DNA of 64,000 bases, from the NCBI RefSeq assembly GCF_018977255.1, contig NW_024704743.1, positions 87,298,001-87,362,000 on the forward strand, read 5' to 3'. Below the pieces are notes generated by a model. The model saw only the letters and a list, made by a program, of their open reading frames with translations. It was not told the origin of the DNA and did not search any database. The DNA comes from Callorhinchus milii. Lineage: Eukaryota. This document shows, one piece after another, positions 1-12,589 of the stretch. Position numbers and translations under genes: made by a program. Numbering within the stretch: position 1 is the first letter of the stretch; each line of letters begins with the position of its first letter.

Positions 1-524
1 ATATGAATTCCAGTTTATATATGCTTCACTCTGCTCAATCACTGATGTTATTTCAGAGCTCTGCAAAGTCAGGGACCATTCCTGCCTCCCACCACAATTT
101 TTATGTATAATTACAAAATGTGCTGTGCAATGTAGAAAATAGACCTGATACCATATTCTACTGGGGGACGAAAGTTCTTTCAAATGATTTGGAGATTTCC
201 CAGATAAATTATGGAGGGATTCCTCCACTAGGCTGCTACTTAATCATCACATTCCTAATAGTGATTCAAGTGCCTGCAAAACTAGTATTGTGTGAAAATC
301 TACTTTGTATTATTTCCAGTGATTTACTGTGATTTACTTCTCTCCACAGCCATGTGTTGATGGTAGTTGTGTTGATCTAGTATTAACATGACATAGATCA
401 AGGTGCTTAAGTTGTGCCATAGCTGAGCAATTTGTGGTGCTAGGTAGTGCTGGACACCAGCTTGATTGTTGCCTCAAAATATTGTGATTCTGATGAAGGA
501 TTGTTATAGACCAAAAGCTTTACA

Positions 525-1340
525 GAAACTTTTCTCAAATTGTAATGGGCACAGAATTTGTATAAGCCGATAAACACAAACACTACGAATCAGGAAAATT
601 AAAAATAAACTTAAAAGGAAATCTCCAAAAGTATTCCCAAAAGTTTGTAGTTCAATAAAGACAGCTTTGGATTGCACATTTTGACAATGTAATTTCAAAT
701 ATCATATTTTCCAAGCCGATATTACCAAACCCTATCCTTCTGGGGAGTGCTGCCTCTTGGAATCAAAGCTAAACAATCAACTGAAGACTGAGAGGAGAAA
801 CACTTTGTGTATCTATAAATTCTCCTTTGAACTCAAACCTGGGTACAGAGAACTTCAAAGATGTATTGCATTTAATCAGTGATTGTGATCCACAAGCCTC
901 ACCTTCTCTGAACAAAAAGATATGAAGTAAAATATCTTCACTTCCATTGATAGATGAGAACAGTTTTCCTGTCAGAAATCTTGAGGTGAAACTCGTTTTG
1001 CACCTAAGTGTAGCCACTTGGATTATGCAATATGATAATGGGATTTTCCTTTTATAAGTGCACATGCTTTAAAGTTGCTACTTAGTGACATAAAGAATTT
1101 CATCCCCATTGTCCCTTCCATATATTTAGATCACTATGAAATTCAGAATATGCAACTGGTACTCATTGGGGTCTATATTTAATAGTTGGTTTGACAGCCC
1201 ATATATAAAACATGGGAATTGGGTTATCCTTGTACAAATTACAAACCAAAGCCAGTAATAATGTGATTGTGATGGTAGGGTGGGTATTTTGGAAGGTTGA
1301 GATCAAATGAACATTTGCCATCCAAAAACAATCTTGAGAT
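525..1340 (+). mobile_element. Decayed L1/Tx1-clade LINE ORF2 (AP-endonuclease region)
   Basis: Frameshifted + strand translations in endonuclease motif order: LFSNCNG..KIKNKLKRKSPKVF; ADITKPYPSGECCLLESKLNNQ; TENFKDVLHLISDC (GDFN-like); LIDENSFPVRNLEVK; WDFPFISAHALKLLLSDIKNFIPIVPSIYLDHYEI (RIDxF...SDH-like); WVFWKVEIK. Several stops. Confidence 0.45.
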
Positions 1341-1653
1341 CAATCTAAAATATTATAGAATTGCCTTGGACCCTGAGTCCTGTGCCTGAATGTTGAGCAA
1401 CCATTGACACAAATGGCAGAGTCGAGAAACAGTAATTTTATATTCAGTTCAACACGTTTCCAAGAAATGAATTGAATTTAATTGCAGTTTTTTTCAAAGT
1501 AGTACCTTATATGATTGAGTGATAATATTTTTTCCAGCACAACTGATAAGTTATAAGAATCTAAATTCCATGCATTGTCTGTCAACAAAATAATTTGAAA
1601 GGGACATAATTTAGTGCAAAATCTAAAACTTATTTTGGTAAATACACACCAGA

Positions 1654-1890
1654 GGCAGGTTGGCAAGGGCCAAGGCTTGGGAACTGCAGAGTGTGCAATG
1701 GGCTATTGTAATTTGACCAGCTAAAACTCCCTTTAACTTGCCACTAAGAGCACTGTCTGGCAAGCTTCCCATACCGTTTCTGTCAGTATCATCCTGCCCA
1801 TTAGGCTTTCAGGTCTACCAGGAGCTGAGTGGGAAGAAACCTTATAACCCTCTAAGTCTGCCCCTCCAAAGCATACTGATGAGCCAAACT
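1654..1890 (+). repeat. Old unclassified interspersed repeat (second copy inverted at about 52900-53212)
   Basis: gcaggttggcaag..ccaaggcttggg..cagagtgtgc..agcactgtctggcaagctt..caggagctgagtgggaaga aligns with the reverse complement of 52900-53212. Confidence 0.7.
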
Positions 1891-2417
1891 GGCTGATCTA
1901 AGCATTGATTTGAATTATTGCAGAAATGTCTGACTCAGGAACCAATACGCCACTAAGGATTGTCATAATTCCAACATTCCTTTGCCAAGCATGTTATGTT
2001 TGAGCCAGTTCAGCTCCAAGGAGACCCCACTTACCTCCCCCTACCCCAAAGAAGGATACATTATACTTATGGATGTGGTGGCCTCTTTGTTGGTGGCAAT
2101 AGGAGGAATAATTGGTGCTCAGGTGCAGGACAACACTTTCCTTAAATGTTTGGAGTCAGTTGGGTGTTACTGACTACATTGTGGTCATAGTGCTCATGCC
2201 CTGTTAAGTGCTGGACTTGGGGTACACTTTTGAATGTCCTCCAGCATCTCTTGGGTGGACCAACATGTTGATGTCTGCTTTCTTCATGAAGTTTGCTGAT
2301 ATTCTAGCCCTCAGCTCAGCTGCCAGGCCCCTTGTGATTGCACGTCTAACCTTGTATTTGGCAGGGGTTCAAAGAAGCAACACTCACAAAATATACAGTC
2401 AATTCACTTTACAGTAT

Positions 2418-2756
2418 ACAACAACAACAAAATTACATTTATGGAGCGCCTTTCACGTTGGGAGGACGTCCCAAAGCCCTGAACAGTCAGGTGTCTGGGC
2501 CCGAGCATGGGGGAGGTGTGGAGTAGGGGTGAGGGAAGGCAGAGAGGTGGGAGGGAGACCAAAGACACAGTCGAAGAGAAGGGTCTTGAGACCAACCTTG
2601 AAGGAAGCAAGGGAGGAAGTGAGGCGAAGGGACCATGGGATGGAGTTCCAGAGTGTGGGGACAGAGGGGCTGAAAGCCCGGCCACCGATGGTAGGGCGGG
2701 AGACATGGAGCAGGCCGGAGCCCGATGAACGGAGGGAGCGGGCAGGTTGGTAGGGA
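2418..2756 (-). mobile_element. 5'-truncated L2 LINE 3' end, nested in a SINE 3' fragment (2385-2822)
   Basis: (CAA)n tail, gcgcctttcacg..ggaggacgtcccaa stem-loop, and TIGGRAFSPSVPTLWNS-type ORF2 end; the SINE tail sequence tttacagtat|attctgtgaagc is split by it. Confidence 0.85.
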
Positions 2757-5730
2757 TATTCTGTGAAGCACTTTGAAAATTCTCAACGATGTGATCAGGA
2801 GCTATATCAAATGCAATATTAGTATCAAACAACTTCTCCTCCTGCTCCTAAAGTGCAAGCTGCAAGCTGAAGCTGACTAGGAGGATAAACCGCTTCAACT
2901 AACCATCTGCTCATGGTTACTGTCTCTTTGACTTGATTTACAACTTCACAGTTTACAGATTTCAGGCTTGTCTGTACTTTTCACTGATTCAATTTTCCAA
3001 AACCATACATTTAAAGAACATTATTGTAGTCGGAAATTTAAAAAGATCAATTGACCCCAGGGCCTGAATGTAAGTTTTTCAAACCATATTGAATTGTTCA
3101 GGGATATCATGTATGACATGGCTAGCTGGTTTGTTCTTGTACTGCGATACACAGGGTGAAGAAGACATAGACAGGGAGCATGGTTTCAATAGTCAAAGGA
3201 GTGTGGCCAGATTCCAGTAATTTGCGAGTTCTTGGTCAGGTTGAATTACCATGCTCCAACCTTTGGTAATTTCTCCGGTGACTGGAGCTCATTAATCTTA
3301 TTAACTAGGCAGACAGAGGGACCCTGACTACCAGGCTGTGATTTGCTAACCAGTTCCCGCTTGCTGAATGTTTTTAAGAAAGGTTCCCACCTCTTCCAGA
3401 ACATCTGAATGATAATGAACCGGCATGAAAATAAATTGTAAATGAACATTAACTGTTTCAAAGTTTGGGTCCTGGAACATTGAGTTTATTTTCTGTTTTA
3501 TTTAAACGGGCATTGAGAGTTGTTTATTTAGCATAGGTAATTTTATTTAGTTTATATAGGTTAGTCCTTCTTGGATCTCTCTTACACTTCTGAATAGAAT
3601 ACATGAAAAATTCTCTCTCTACCTCTGTTTATGTACCATTATGGTTATTGAACCACTTCTCCCTATGAATCTTTAATGGCCATGGGAAATTAGTGATCTT
3701 TGTGTTGTAATTAAAATTTATCATCTGCCTCCTCTCACCATTCTTGTAGAACTGGTTGTAGAACTGCTTGCCTCTCAGTCTTCCCTTCCTTCTATAGTCT
3801 GCCAAATATCAAACCAAACTTTACCTAACCACTTGTTGACTTGCTACTTTTCTCTGCTCATCTTTTCAGCTTTGATGCTGCACTGGATTGTGGGACTCAG
3901 CACTTCATTTAGATTCTCAAGAAAACAGGTTGCAATGAAATGGAAGCTCCAATATACTGTCCGTCATTGAGGAGTGAGGCTATTTTTCTGCTAGACCCTA
4001 TGTAGTTGCTTGTCAATATTAGACATACTTCTGTCAGGATGCACTGCACAGAAGGGAGAGAATTTGGGTAAATTAGAGTGAGTCAACCAAGCCTGCCTGT
4101 GTGCACTCACTTGTCTGGTAACCCAGTAAGAAGATGCAGGGCAAATCTGCCAATACCCTTGTGGTGCAAGGAGAGTAAAATAGAGAAGAGGAGAAAATAA
4201 TAAGATACTGGATCAAAGCAAAGCACATTTAATGAATAAAAATGCATTGTAATAGCCCTATACAGACTTTCACGTTCAAAATAAAGCACATCTAATCCAA
4301 ACTGATACACTTTCACATCTGCTCTTGTAGTCCATTGTGTTTAATACAAAGTGCTTCATCCTATATGTCAGATATTTCTGGTTATATTTACAATGTAGAG
4401 AACGTGCTGATTGTATACATTTGAAAAATGAATGTGTGGAAAATTAACAGGATGGAATTGTAGCAAACGAGCCATCAAGGATATACTACACACACAGCAT
4501 GCGATTCTAAATTGAATGATACAATACAAAAATCTGAAACAGAAACTGTTTCAAAGGTCAATCAGAATCTAAAATAGAAAAATAGCTTAAGATTGCAGAG
4601 ATGACCCTTCCTCAAATCTCCTTTTACATTGTTATTATAGATCTCTTGCCACTCACTCCAGCATTTCTCAGACTTCAGCAGATCCTGGATGGGCCAAACA
4701 CTGAGCCAGTGACCTGCCCCAACCCCAGAACACTGTAGAGCATGACAATCTTTCCCAATTACTTCTCAGCAGCTTTGTATTTACAAAGTATACCACAACA
4801 GCAGAAATCCTGTGATCCTAAGCAGAATGACTTTCCAATATATCCCAGCTCTGCGTTTCTTTTGTGCTGCAATCGTTTCAGAGTAAATTGCTATGTTTTG
4901 GTGTTGGTGTTGATTACCCCAAAATACACACACAGCCAAATCTCATTGCAGTAAATCCTGAAATACTTTGAGCTGTCCCAATTATAAAGCAAGGATAATC
5001 CATTGATTATTTATTTAAATATCAATAGAAATCGTGGTTGAGTCACAATGAATGGTACTGGGCTTCTACGCTGCAAACCACTTTGAGAGTACTCCGAGAT
5101 GCTATCATCCGTGAGAGTCCTATATAAATGCAAGTTGCTGTTGTTTCCGAAGCAATTTGATTCACCAAACTGCAATAAAAAAGCAGCAAGCGTTAACCAC
5201 TATATGTTCTGTTCCCCAAGAGTACCTTGAAAATTGTTATGTTGTCCACTAATGTGTGGACATTGGGACAATGGTGGCTCCAGATAATAACATAGAAGTG
5301 CACCATATCTCCTTGGGGTAAAATGTGATTGTGAAGCACCCATGGATCTGTAAGCTTGACCCAAAGGACACTGAGTGCCACTGGGGTTTTATGCTCTGAG
5401 GCATCTTCAGCAGTACAGAATATTGTTAGAAATTGCACTTCTGCAGTTTACAAGTGAATTGAAAGGACCAATGTAATTCAATTCTCTTGACATTGCAGTA
5501 ACACAAAGTGCATTTTTCACTTGTTGTATGTCTGTTTTATTCATTGCCACCCAATGACTTATATCAGCAACTGGGTAGTAGATTCTGTCTTATTTCTCTG
5601 GACAGAATTGAATTCCAATCAGAACTTGATAAATATCTCACAATAATAATAATGATAATCCTTGCATTTGATATAGCACTTTAGCATTAAGAATAGGCAC
5701 ATCTAATCAAATAAAATTACATCAATCATT

Positions 5731-6185
5731 GAATCATAGAATTTTACAGCACAGAAGGGTATTTGGCCCATCATGTCTGTGCCAGCTCTTTGAAAACAGC
5801 TATCCAAATCAATCCCACTCCCACGCTCTCTCCCTGTAGCCCGGCAAACTTGTTCTCCCCAAATAATTATCTACTCTCTTAAAAGTTGTTATCGAATTAG
5901 CTTCCATCACCCTTTCAACTAATGCATTCCAGATCTGAACAACTCACTGTGTGAAAAAATTTCTCCTCACCTCCCCTCTGTTTCTTTTAACTATTTTAAA
6001 TCGGTGTCCTCGAGTTACCAACCCACCTGCCAGTAGAAATAATTTCTCCTTGTTCACCCTATCGAATCCACTCATAATTTTGAAAACTTCTGTTAAGTCT
6101 CCTCTTAACCTTCTGTGCTCCTTGGACAATAATCCTAGCTTCTCCAGCCTCCTCATAACTGAAGTCCCTCATTCCTGGTACCATC
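5731..6185 (-). mobile_element. CR1 LINE 3' fragment
   Basis: ORF 5944..6156 RLEKLGLLSKEHRRLRGDLTEVFKIM..TRGHRFKI..FFTQ; tail gaatcatagaat is the reverse complement of the (ATTCTATG)n CR1 terminal repeat. Confidence 0.9.
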
Positions 6186-7478
6186 ACATCAATGTTTGTC
6201 TCATAGCATTGCTACAATAACTCAACCCTGTTCTATTTTGTAGTTTCTTCTAGACATGCTGGTATACGATTGTTATAAGGATTAATATGCATCAGAAATG
6301 CTCCATTTAACCATAGAAATGTACGACACAGTGAAAGGCCATTCGGCCCAATTTTACATGTGCGGTGTTTGCTCCTGCGAGAAACGAGCCATTCTAATCC
6401 GAAATCCCTGCTCTACCATGCACTTCTTAATACCCTTCCCTGTCTTAATTCTTTCTTAAGTGATCCCATTTGACTCAGCTTTAAAAGCCACCGCTGATAA
6501 ATTATTCCATATCCTGACAACTCACTTAATGCAAGCAATGTATAATGCTCCTCAATTGATTGCAATTATTCTTGCCAACTCCTTCCCCATTTTTAAAACT
6601 CACAATTAGACCAAGACCTTCTGCCGTGCTTTCAATCATTTCCCCATCCAACCATTCTCAGCCCCCTCCCCACACCAGTGCTTTGTAGCGATGTCAATAT
6701 AAATGTAAATTGTATTGCGTAATTCCAGTTATCATTAGAACACGACGAAAGATAACTCAGAAAATGATGCATCCTGCAGTATGATTTGCAGCACAATATT
6801 GATTTGTTTCCTTTAAAAGCCTAATGAGATTGGAGTGAGAAACCTCTGCAGGATATTCAGGCACAGTCTTTCAGGTTTGGTAAGTCAGCGGTTTGGTGGT
6901 GGTGTTGGTTTGACGAAAAAATGAGTACAAATCATTTTATTGGTAATAATTGTGATGCTTGGATTTGACATTGCAGCATATCACATGGAAATGGCTCCAA
7001 GCGATATAAAAATCACAGTGGCTCAGAGCTGCAGCAAGTGAGAAATTGACAGGAGCCCTGTGAAGTATTCTGCAGGAAGTCACACCTCCTGGTCAGACTT
7101 ATGATGTGGCACAACTTGCATCTTTCATCCCTTCTAGATGCTTTCCCTCTCAACTGTTACAAGTAATTGGTGCTTTCAGAAAGTGGAGCTGTTATTAAAC
7201 TCTGCAGCAGAGGAGACGCTCATATTCACTGCAAACTTATCTTGAGCTGACCTTGGTTTACGAGATTCACACTGGAGATCAGCAGCCCAAATTAAACTGC
7301 CGGCTCTAACCATTATTGTGGTAAATGGATGAAGGAGTCACATCAGAGGACTCTGACTTTTGCTCGACTTGAGATATTCAGCTGATGAGCTTATTGTTGA
7401 TACAAACCAAACAGCACGTGCCAAAGTAGAGCAATAGCATTAACTCTCTCCCTCCCTCTTTTTCCTTTTCCTTTTCAG

Positions 7479-7514
7479 CTCAAACCTCAGAAGGTTCCTA
7501 TTGCATCAGTTTGA
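7479..7514 (+). CDS. Candidate terminal exon of an unidentified gene (phase-0 reading LKPQKVPIASV*)
   Basis: Branch-like cattaac, a pyrimidine tract of about 30 nt and CAG ending at 7478; all three frames close soon after; AATAAA copies from about 7862. No upstream exon identified. Confidence 0.25.
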   Translation, partial: LKPQKVPIASV

Positions 7515-7801
7515 ATTGTTCCATTTCTCACCTGCTCTCTGAGTGACACTGCAAAAACTGTCAGATTATGATTACTGTACTTGCATGATGTGAACTCACG
7601 AGCAACCGGGATGTGAATGCATCCCAGTAGTTTATGCTGGAATTAAACTTAATTCCTGGAATGAAAAGGAAATGTTTCAACCTGTTATCCCTTTTTTAAA
7701 AAATTAATGCTGTTAAAATTATCGAACTCGGTAGATGACAAATCAAATTAAAACATGCTGAAAATACAGATCAGGTCATTCATAGTGTGAAGAAAGGCGG
7801 C

Positions 7802-8638
7802 TTGATTTTTTTTATGCAACCCTTCATGTCATCTAATAATCATTAGATAATAAGCAATTATAATAAATAATAATAATAAATAAATTATAATAAATAATTA
7901 TTAAATGACATAATGCTATAAGTCTGACGATAAGAGTTGTGAGGTTTTCCGCTGTTCAGGCTTGCATATTAAGCACACAAATACCTCCTACCTCTCCAAC
8001 CTACTATCCCCCTACCTACCTGCCCGTACCCTCCGTTCCTCTGGCTCTGGTCTGCTCCATGTCCCCCGCCCCAACCGCCCTACCATCGGTGGTCGGGCCT
8101 TTAGCCTCTCAGCCCCCAAGCTCTGGAACTCCATCCCCCAGTGCCTTCGCCTTGCTTCCTCCCTTTCCTCCTTCAAGGCCGGTCTCAAAACCTTTCTCTT
8201 TGACCGTGCCTTCAGCTCCCCTCTCGACTCTCTTCCCCCTCCTCGCTCCCTCCCCTCACCCTGACCATTTCCCCCTTCCTTGCTCCCTCCCTTCCCTCAC
8301 CCTGACCATTTCCCCCCTGCTCGGGTCATGACCCAACTGTGCAGCGCCTTGGGACGTCCTCCTGACGTGAAAGGCGCTTTATAAATGGAATCTTGTTGTT
8401 GTTGTTGTTGTTGCTTTATCAGTAATTTATAGAGTGGGGTTTGCAAAGAAATGTAACAATAAGTGCACTGACAAAATTCATTATTCATTGGAACGCTGTT
8501 TGTTTTGCCATTGTGTGACCTCAGATTAACATTGGTCCATCTATGCTCTGTCTCATGTCAGCTGCTTAAGTCTTGGTTCTGTACCAAGTGGAAATTTGAG
8601 TCCTGCGCATTGAATAGCAAACAATTAACCTGTTGCAA
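7802..8638 (+). repeat. Inverted duplication, left arm (interrupted by L2 at 7987-8412)
   Basis: Reverse complement of 9749-10132 once the L2 is removed; only a few substitutions and an indel in the AT-rich tract. Confidence 0.95.
7987..8412 (+). mobile_element. Young 5'-truncated L2 LINE 3' end
   Basis: SYLSNLLSPYLPARTLRSS..TIGGRAFSLSAPKLWNSIP..SFKAGLKTFLF, 3' stem-loop and (GTT)n tail; internal tandem duplication of ctcccctcaccctgaccatttccccc. Confidence 0.92.
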
Positions 8639-9509
8639 GTGAATTTGTATCTTGGCGGCAGTGAGGATGTTTCTGGTATTTCGTACGGCTGTGAATTCTG
8701 ATTTAGCTACAGTGTGCCTGGAATTTTGAAATCTCCATTCCTGTTGGTTATGACTTGCAATAATGGATGATGTGTCTTGTCAAATTAAGGATTGACTGAA
8801 TGATTGAAGAAAAAGAACAATAGGTGGTCTCAATTTGATTAGACATTGGAGTTGAAAAAATGTTCCTTGCACAGTGTGATTGTGTATTTTGCAGAACGCA
8901 TTTCCCTGCAAAATACACAATCATTAGACTTTACAGTAAATCTTGTGAAGGTCATTGAGATATACAATGCAATTTACATTCATACAGCACCTTTTGTGTC
9001 TGGAGGATGTCTGAAAGCATTTGGCATCTTCCTGATGTGAAAGCCGGTATATTAAATACAAGGATTATTAGGATATTTACTTAATTTCTTAATACCAGTA
9101 AAAGCACTTTGAATCACGAATAATATAGTAATCCTTGTATTTGGTTTAGCACTTTTCACTTGATGTGTTTTACTGTAAAGTGTAGTGACTGTATTTTGTG
9201 GATGAAACACGGCAGCCAGTTTATACACAGCAATGCACCACAAACAACATGAAGTGGATATTCAATTCCATCTGGGTGGTTGTTGGCCAGGACACTGGGA
9301 GAAACTCCCTACTCTTTTCTTGTCTACTGCAATGGGAATGGATCTCCTGCAGGAAACCCATGTATGATTCGCCGACCAGCAAAATAATTATTAGGTTTCC
9401 AGTATGAGGTACACTGGATTTCCAAAACACATTGCATTTTTCTGCCATTAAGGAGCCAATTACATACTAAATTCCCAGGGTCCTAATTTTCACAATTCCA
9501 TTATTCCTA

Positions 9510-9746
9510 GGCACCCCTTATCTTTTCAAATAGTGCCTCGGATCTTTAACATCCACCTGAACAGGCAGACAGCGAACTCGATTTAATGTCGCATCTGAAG
9601 GACGACACCTCCGACAATGCAACACACTACCAGCACTTATTGAAGTGTCAGTTTAGACTGTGATTTCAAGTCCCGACATGGGGCTCGAACCCACAACTTT
9701 CTAACTCAGAGGTGAGAGTGCTACCAACTAAGCCAAGCTGACCCCC
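9510..9746 (-). mobile_element. Old tRNA-headed Deu-domain-like SINE (family B), 5' part; a second 3' fragment lies at about 9075-9345
   Basis: Reverse complement has a tRNA-like head (tggcttagttggtagcactctc..ggttcgagccc) followed by ggaggtgtcgtccttcagatg..ctgcctgttcaggtggatgttaaagatcc, resembling DeuSINE/SacSINE-type elements. Confidence 0.75.
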
Positions 9747-9748
9747 AA

Positions 9749-10132
9749 TTGCAACAGGTTAATTGTTTGCTATTCAATGCGCAGGACTCAAATTTCCACT
9801 TGGTACAGAACCAAGACTTAAGCAGCTGACATGAGACAGAGCATAGATGGACCAATGTTAATCTGAGGTCACACAATGGCAAAATAAACAGCGTTCCAAT
9901 GAATAATGATTTTTGTCAGTGCACTTATTGTTACATTTCTTTGCAAACCCCACTCTATAAATTACTGATAAAGCAGGTATTTGTGTGCTTAGTATGCAAG
10001 CCTGAACAGAGGAAAACCTCACAACTCTTATCGTCAGACTTATAGCATTATGTCATTTAATAATTATTTATTATAATTGCTTATTATCTAATGATTATTA
10101 GATGACATGAAGGGTTGCATAAAAACAATCAA
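9749..10132 (-). repeat. Inverted duplication, right arm (uninterrupted; contains the empty L2 site)
   Basis: gataaagcaggtatttg is the reverse complement of caaatacct|gctttatc, the junction occupied by L2 in the left arm. Confidence 0.95.
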
Positions 10133-10289
10133 ACACTTCACAAAATATGATTCACGGGAAGGATGTAAATGCTATTGTAGAACTATATGACTTTGAAGCT
10201 CAGAAGACCATTTGGCCTATCAATGCTTTGCTGGTTCTTTGAAACAGCAATCTTTTCAGTTATATAAGCAAATAACTCCTCTTATTGTT

Positions 10290-10605
10290 GTGGAGTCCTG
10301 TAACTCATTGGTTAGAGCACGCGACTCACAAGCGAGAGATTTGGGTTCAATTCCCAACAGAGTGAAACCTTGGGCAAGTTTCCTTACTCCACATGCCTGA
10401 TGATAATCCCTCAAGAAAAAAAAACAATAAATTGGTCACTTCAATCCACAACTGTTTGTGGGACACTACTGTGTGCAATTGGCTGCCACGTTTCGCCCAC
10501 AAATATACAGTCAATTCACTTTACAGTATATTCTGTGAAGCACTTTGAGACATCTAGAAGACGTGAAAAGCACTATGTCAAATGCAAGGATTATCATTAA
10601 TATTA
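10290..10605 (+). mobile_element. Young tRNA-derived SINE (family A)
   Basis: gtggagtcctgta.ctca.tggttagagcac head with Pol III A/B-box-like motifs, accttgggcaagtttccttactccac, shared 3' half and (TTA)n tail. Confidence 0.9.
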
Positions 10606-12589
10606 TAATATACTCTAAGAATCAAAGTCTTCAATCAGTTATCAGGATGCAACACAAGTTTGGTTATTTGTTATGTTTTACACGTGTACTATATTTTATA
10701 TTCATTTTGAAAAATAAATTTAAATAAATAAGTAACTTGGTATATTCTTTTCCTTCCAATTTTCTCTTTGGGCTGTCAACTGACTGGTAAATCGTCTTCT
10801 TGATTATTATCTCTACAGAACATTTAAATACTTGCCAATTGCTGAATATTTAGCTACTTACTAACTGTACTGAACAAGTAGCCATGTGCCAACTTTGCTG
10901 CATATTTCAATGCAACAAAGTGAACAATTACATTTGTGTCAGACATGAGTCAAACACAACGCTAATTATTAACTCAGACTGTTACTGCCATCCCCACTCT
11001 TGATGAACTACAGTCTACAGAGTAGTGAAAATGGACATAAAGCAACTAGGAACTGAAATGAGTTGGAATCAAATCTACTGAAAACTACATTGAGCCTGTG
11101 TAAATGTGTTTTAATTCTGCCCTCCTTGTCCCCAGGACTATCAGTCTCCAGCTCCACTATTACAGCATTCATTCTCGGATTCAGTTTCCATTCTTTAAAA
11201 ATGGTCTATGCAGTGATTTTCTCTTTGAGTCAGCCATGTGTCTGACACATGCATAAAATCATTACTATGCTTGAGTGTCCAAACCAAACTGAGAGTTCCA
11301 TGCATCCCACCTCCACATGGAAATTGCCATATTTGGAATGGAAAGCTCCCTCTGTCTCCAGAGGGACCCCATTGTGTGTTGAGGTACTGCTTTAACCAAC
11401 AAAAAATGCAACATTTGCCTTTGAAAGCACTACTTCCCTCTGCTTGTCCAGCTGAGATTGAGGCCCAGTTTGCCTGTTCAAGTGAACATTTAAAAATCCC
11501 ATGACACCATTTGAATCGAGAAGGTAGTGTTGCTCACTGTTCTGACCAAAAATCTCCTGATCAAAATGTGTTACTCACTTCATGGCTGTTTGTGAGACGT
11601 TGCTGTGCACAAATTGGTCACTGCATTCACCTACAAAATAAACAGTCACTCCGTTTTACAGTATATCTTGTGGAACGCTTTAACTTGTCCTCCCAGTATG
11701 AAAGGCACTATAACAACTGCAAGGATGATTATTATAATTACAGATCCCTTCAACTAACAGCAAGTGAAAAAGGTTATCGAATAACCTGTAATCCTTTTCA
11801 TTGGTTGTTACTATGTCTGCTTAATTAAATTACCTGTAATTCCTGCTCTACACATGGTTAGCACAAACCGCATATTAGACTAACATTTGTTTCTCTGAAC
11901 AAAACAGAGATAAAATCAAATACTCCTCTTAAAAAGTTCCAAGGTCATCTCACTGAATGAGTAACCCTCTGCTACCAGGACCATTCTAGTGGAAAATTTA
12001 AATCTAAATGTTGTCATTTAAGGACAGATGCTCCCTGCCTTCCATTTAGTGTCTCTTGCTGTTTTCTCCCCATCTGATTATTTTCCTCTTTCCTGCGTGA
12101 AATGCATGAACTCCTCTTTGACAGGGCTGTTAGGCCTTCACTGACAGAGGTTCCTCCAAATGATGAATTGCTTCAGGTATAATGAATACAATGGTGATGT
12201 AGAAGCTGCAGTGTTGGCAAATATTGGCTTGGGATTATGAGGCACTGAATAATGATTAACAGGAAGTTATTACAAGGCTATAATTTTCAAGTCAAGAGGT
12301 TCCAGAGAATGAAGTATAATAAATGTCTAGAATGAAGACCCTCTTTGATCTGATTACAGCCTTAAGATCATTCTTTTCAGTTATCTGTTGTAATTACAAT
12401 ATTCAATGATAACTTGTTTTTAATGTCACTGTGTTTGGACATCTTACTGTTTTACTGCTGACCAGAGCCATTGCAACTTTCAAACCCACATTACAGACAG
12501 GTTCTCCCAAGGCTACTGATGTTTGACAATGTGTATTTACAGGATCACAAGATTATTTTGAATGAAGAAAGCTTTTCAGTCCATTTGAT

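Noticed and set aside
350..395. EGF-like PCVDGSCVDLV after an acceptor-like site
   Set aside because: Immediate stop codon, missing cysteines and no supporting neighbours.
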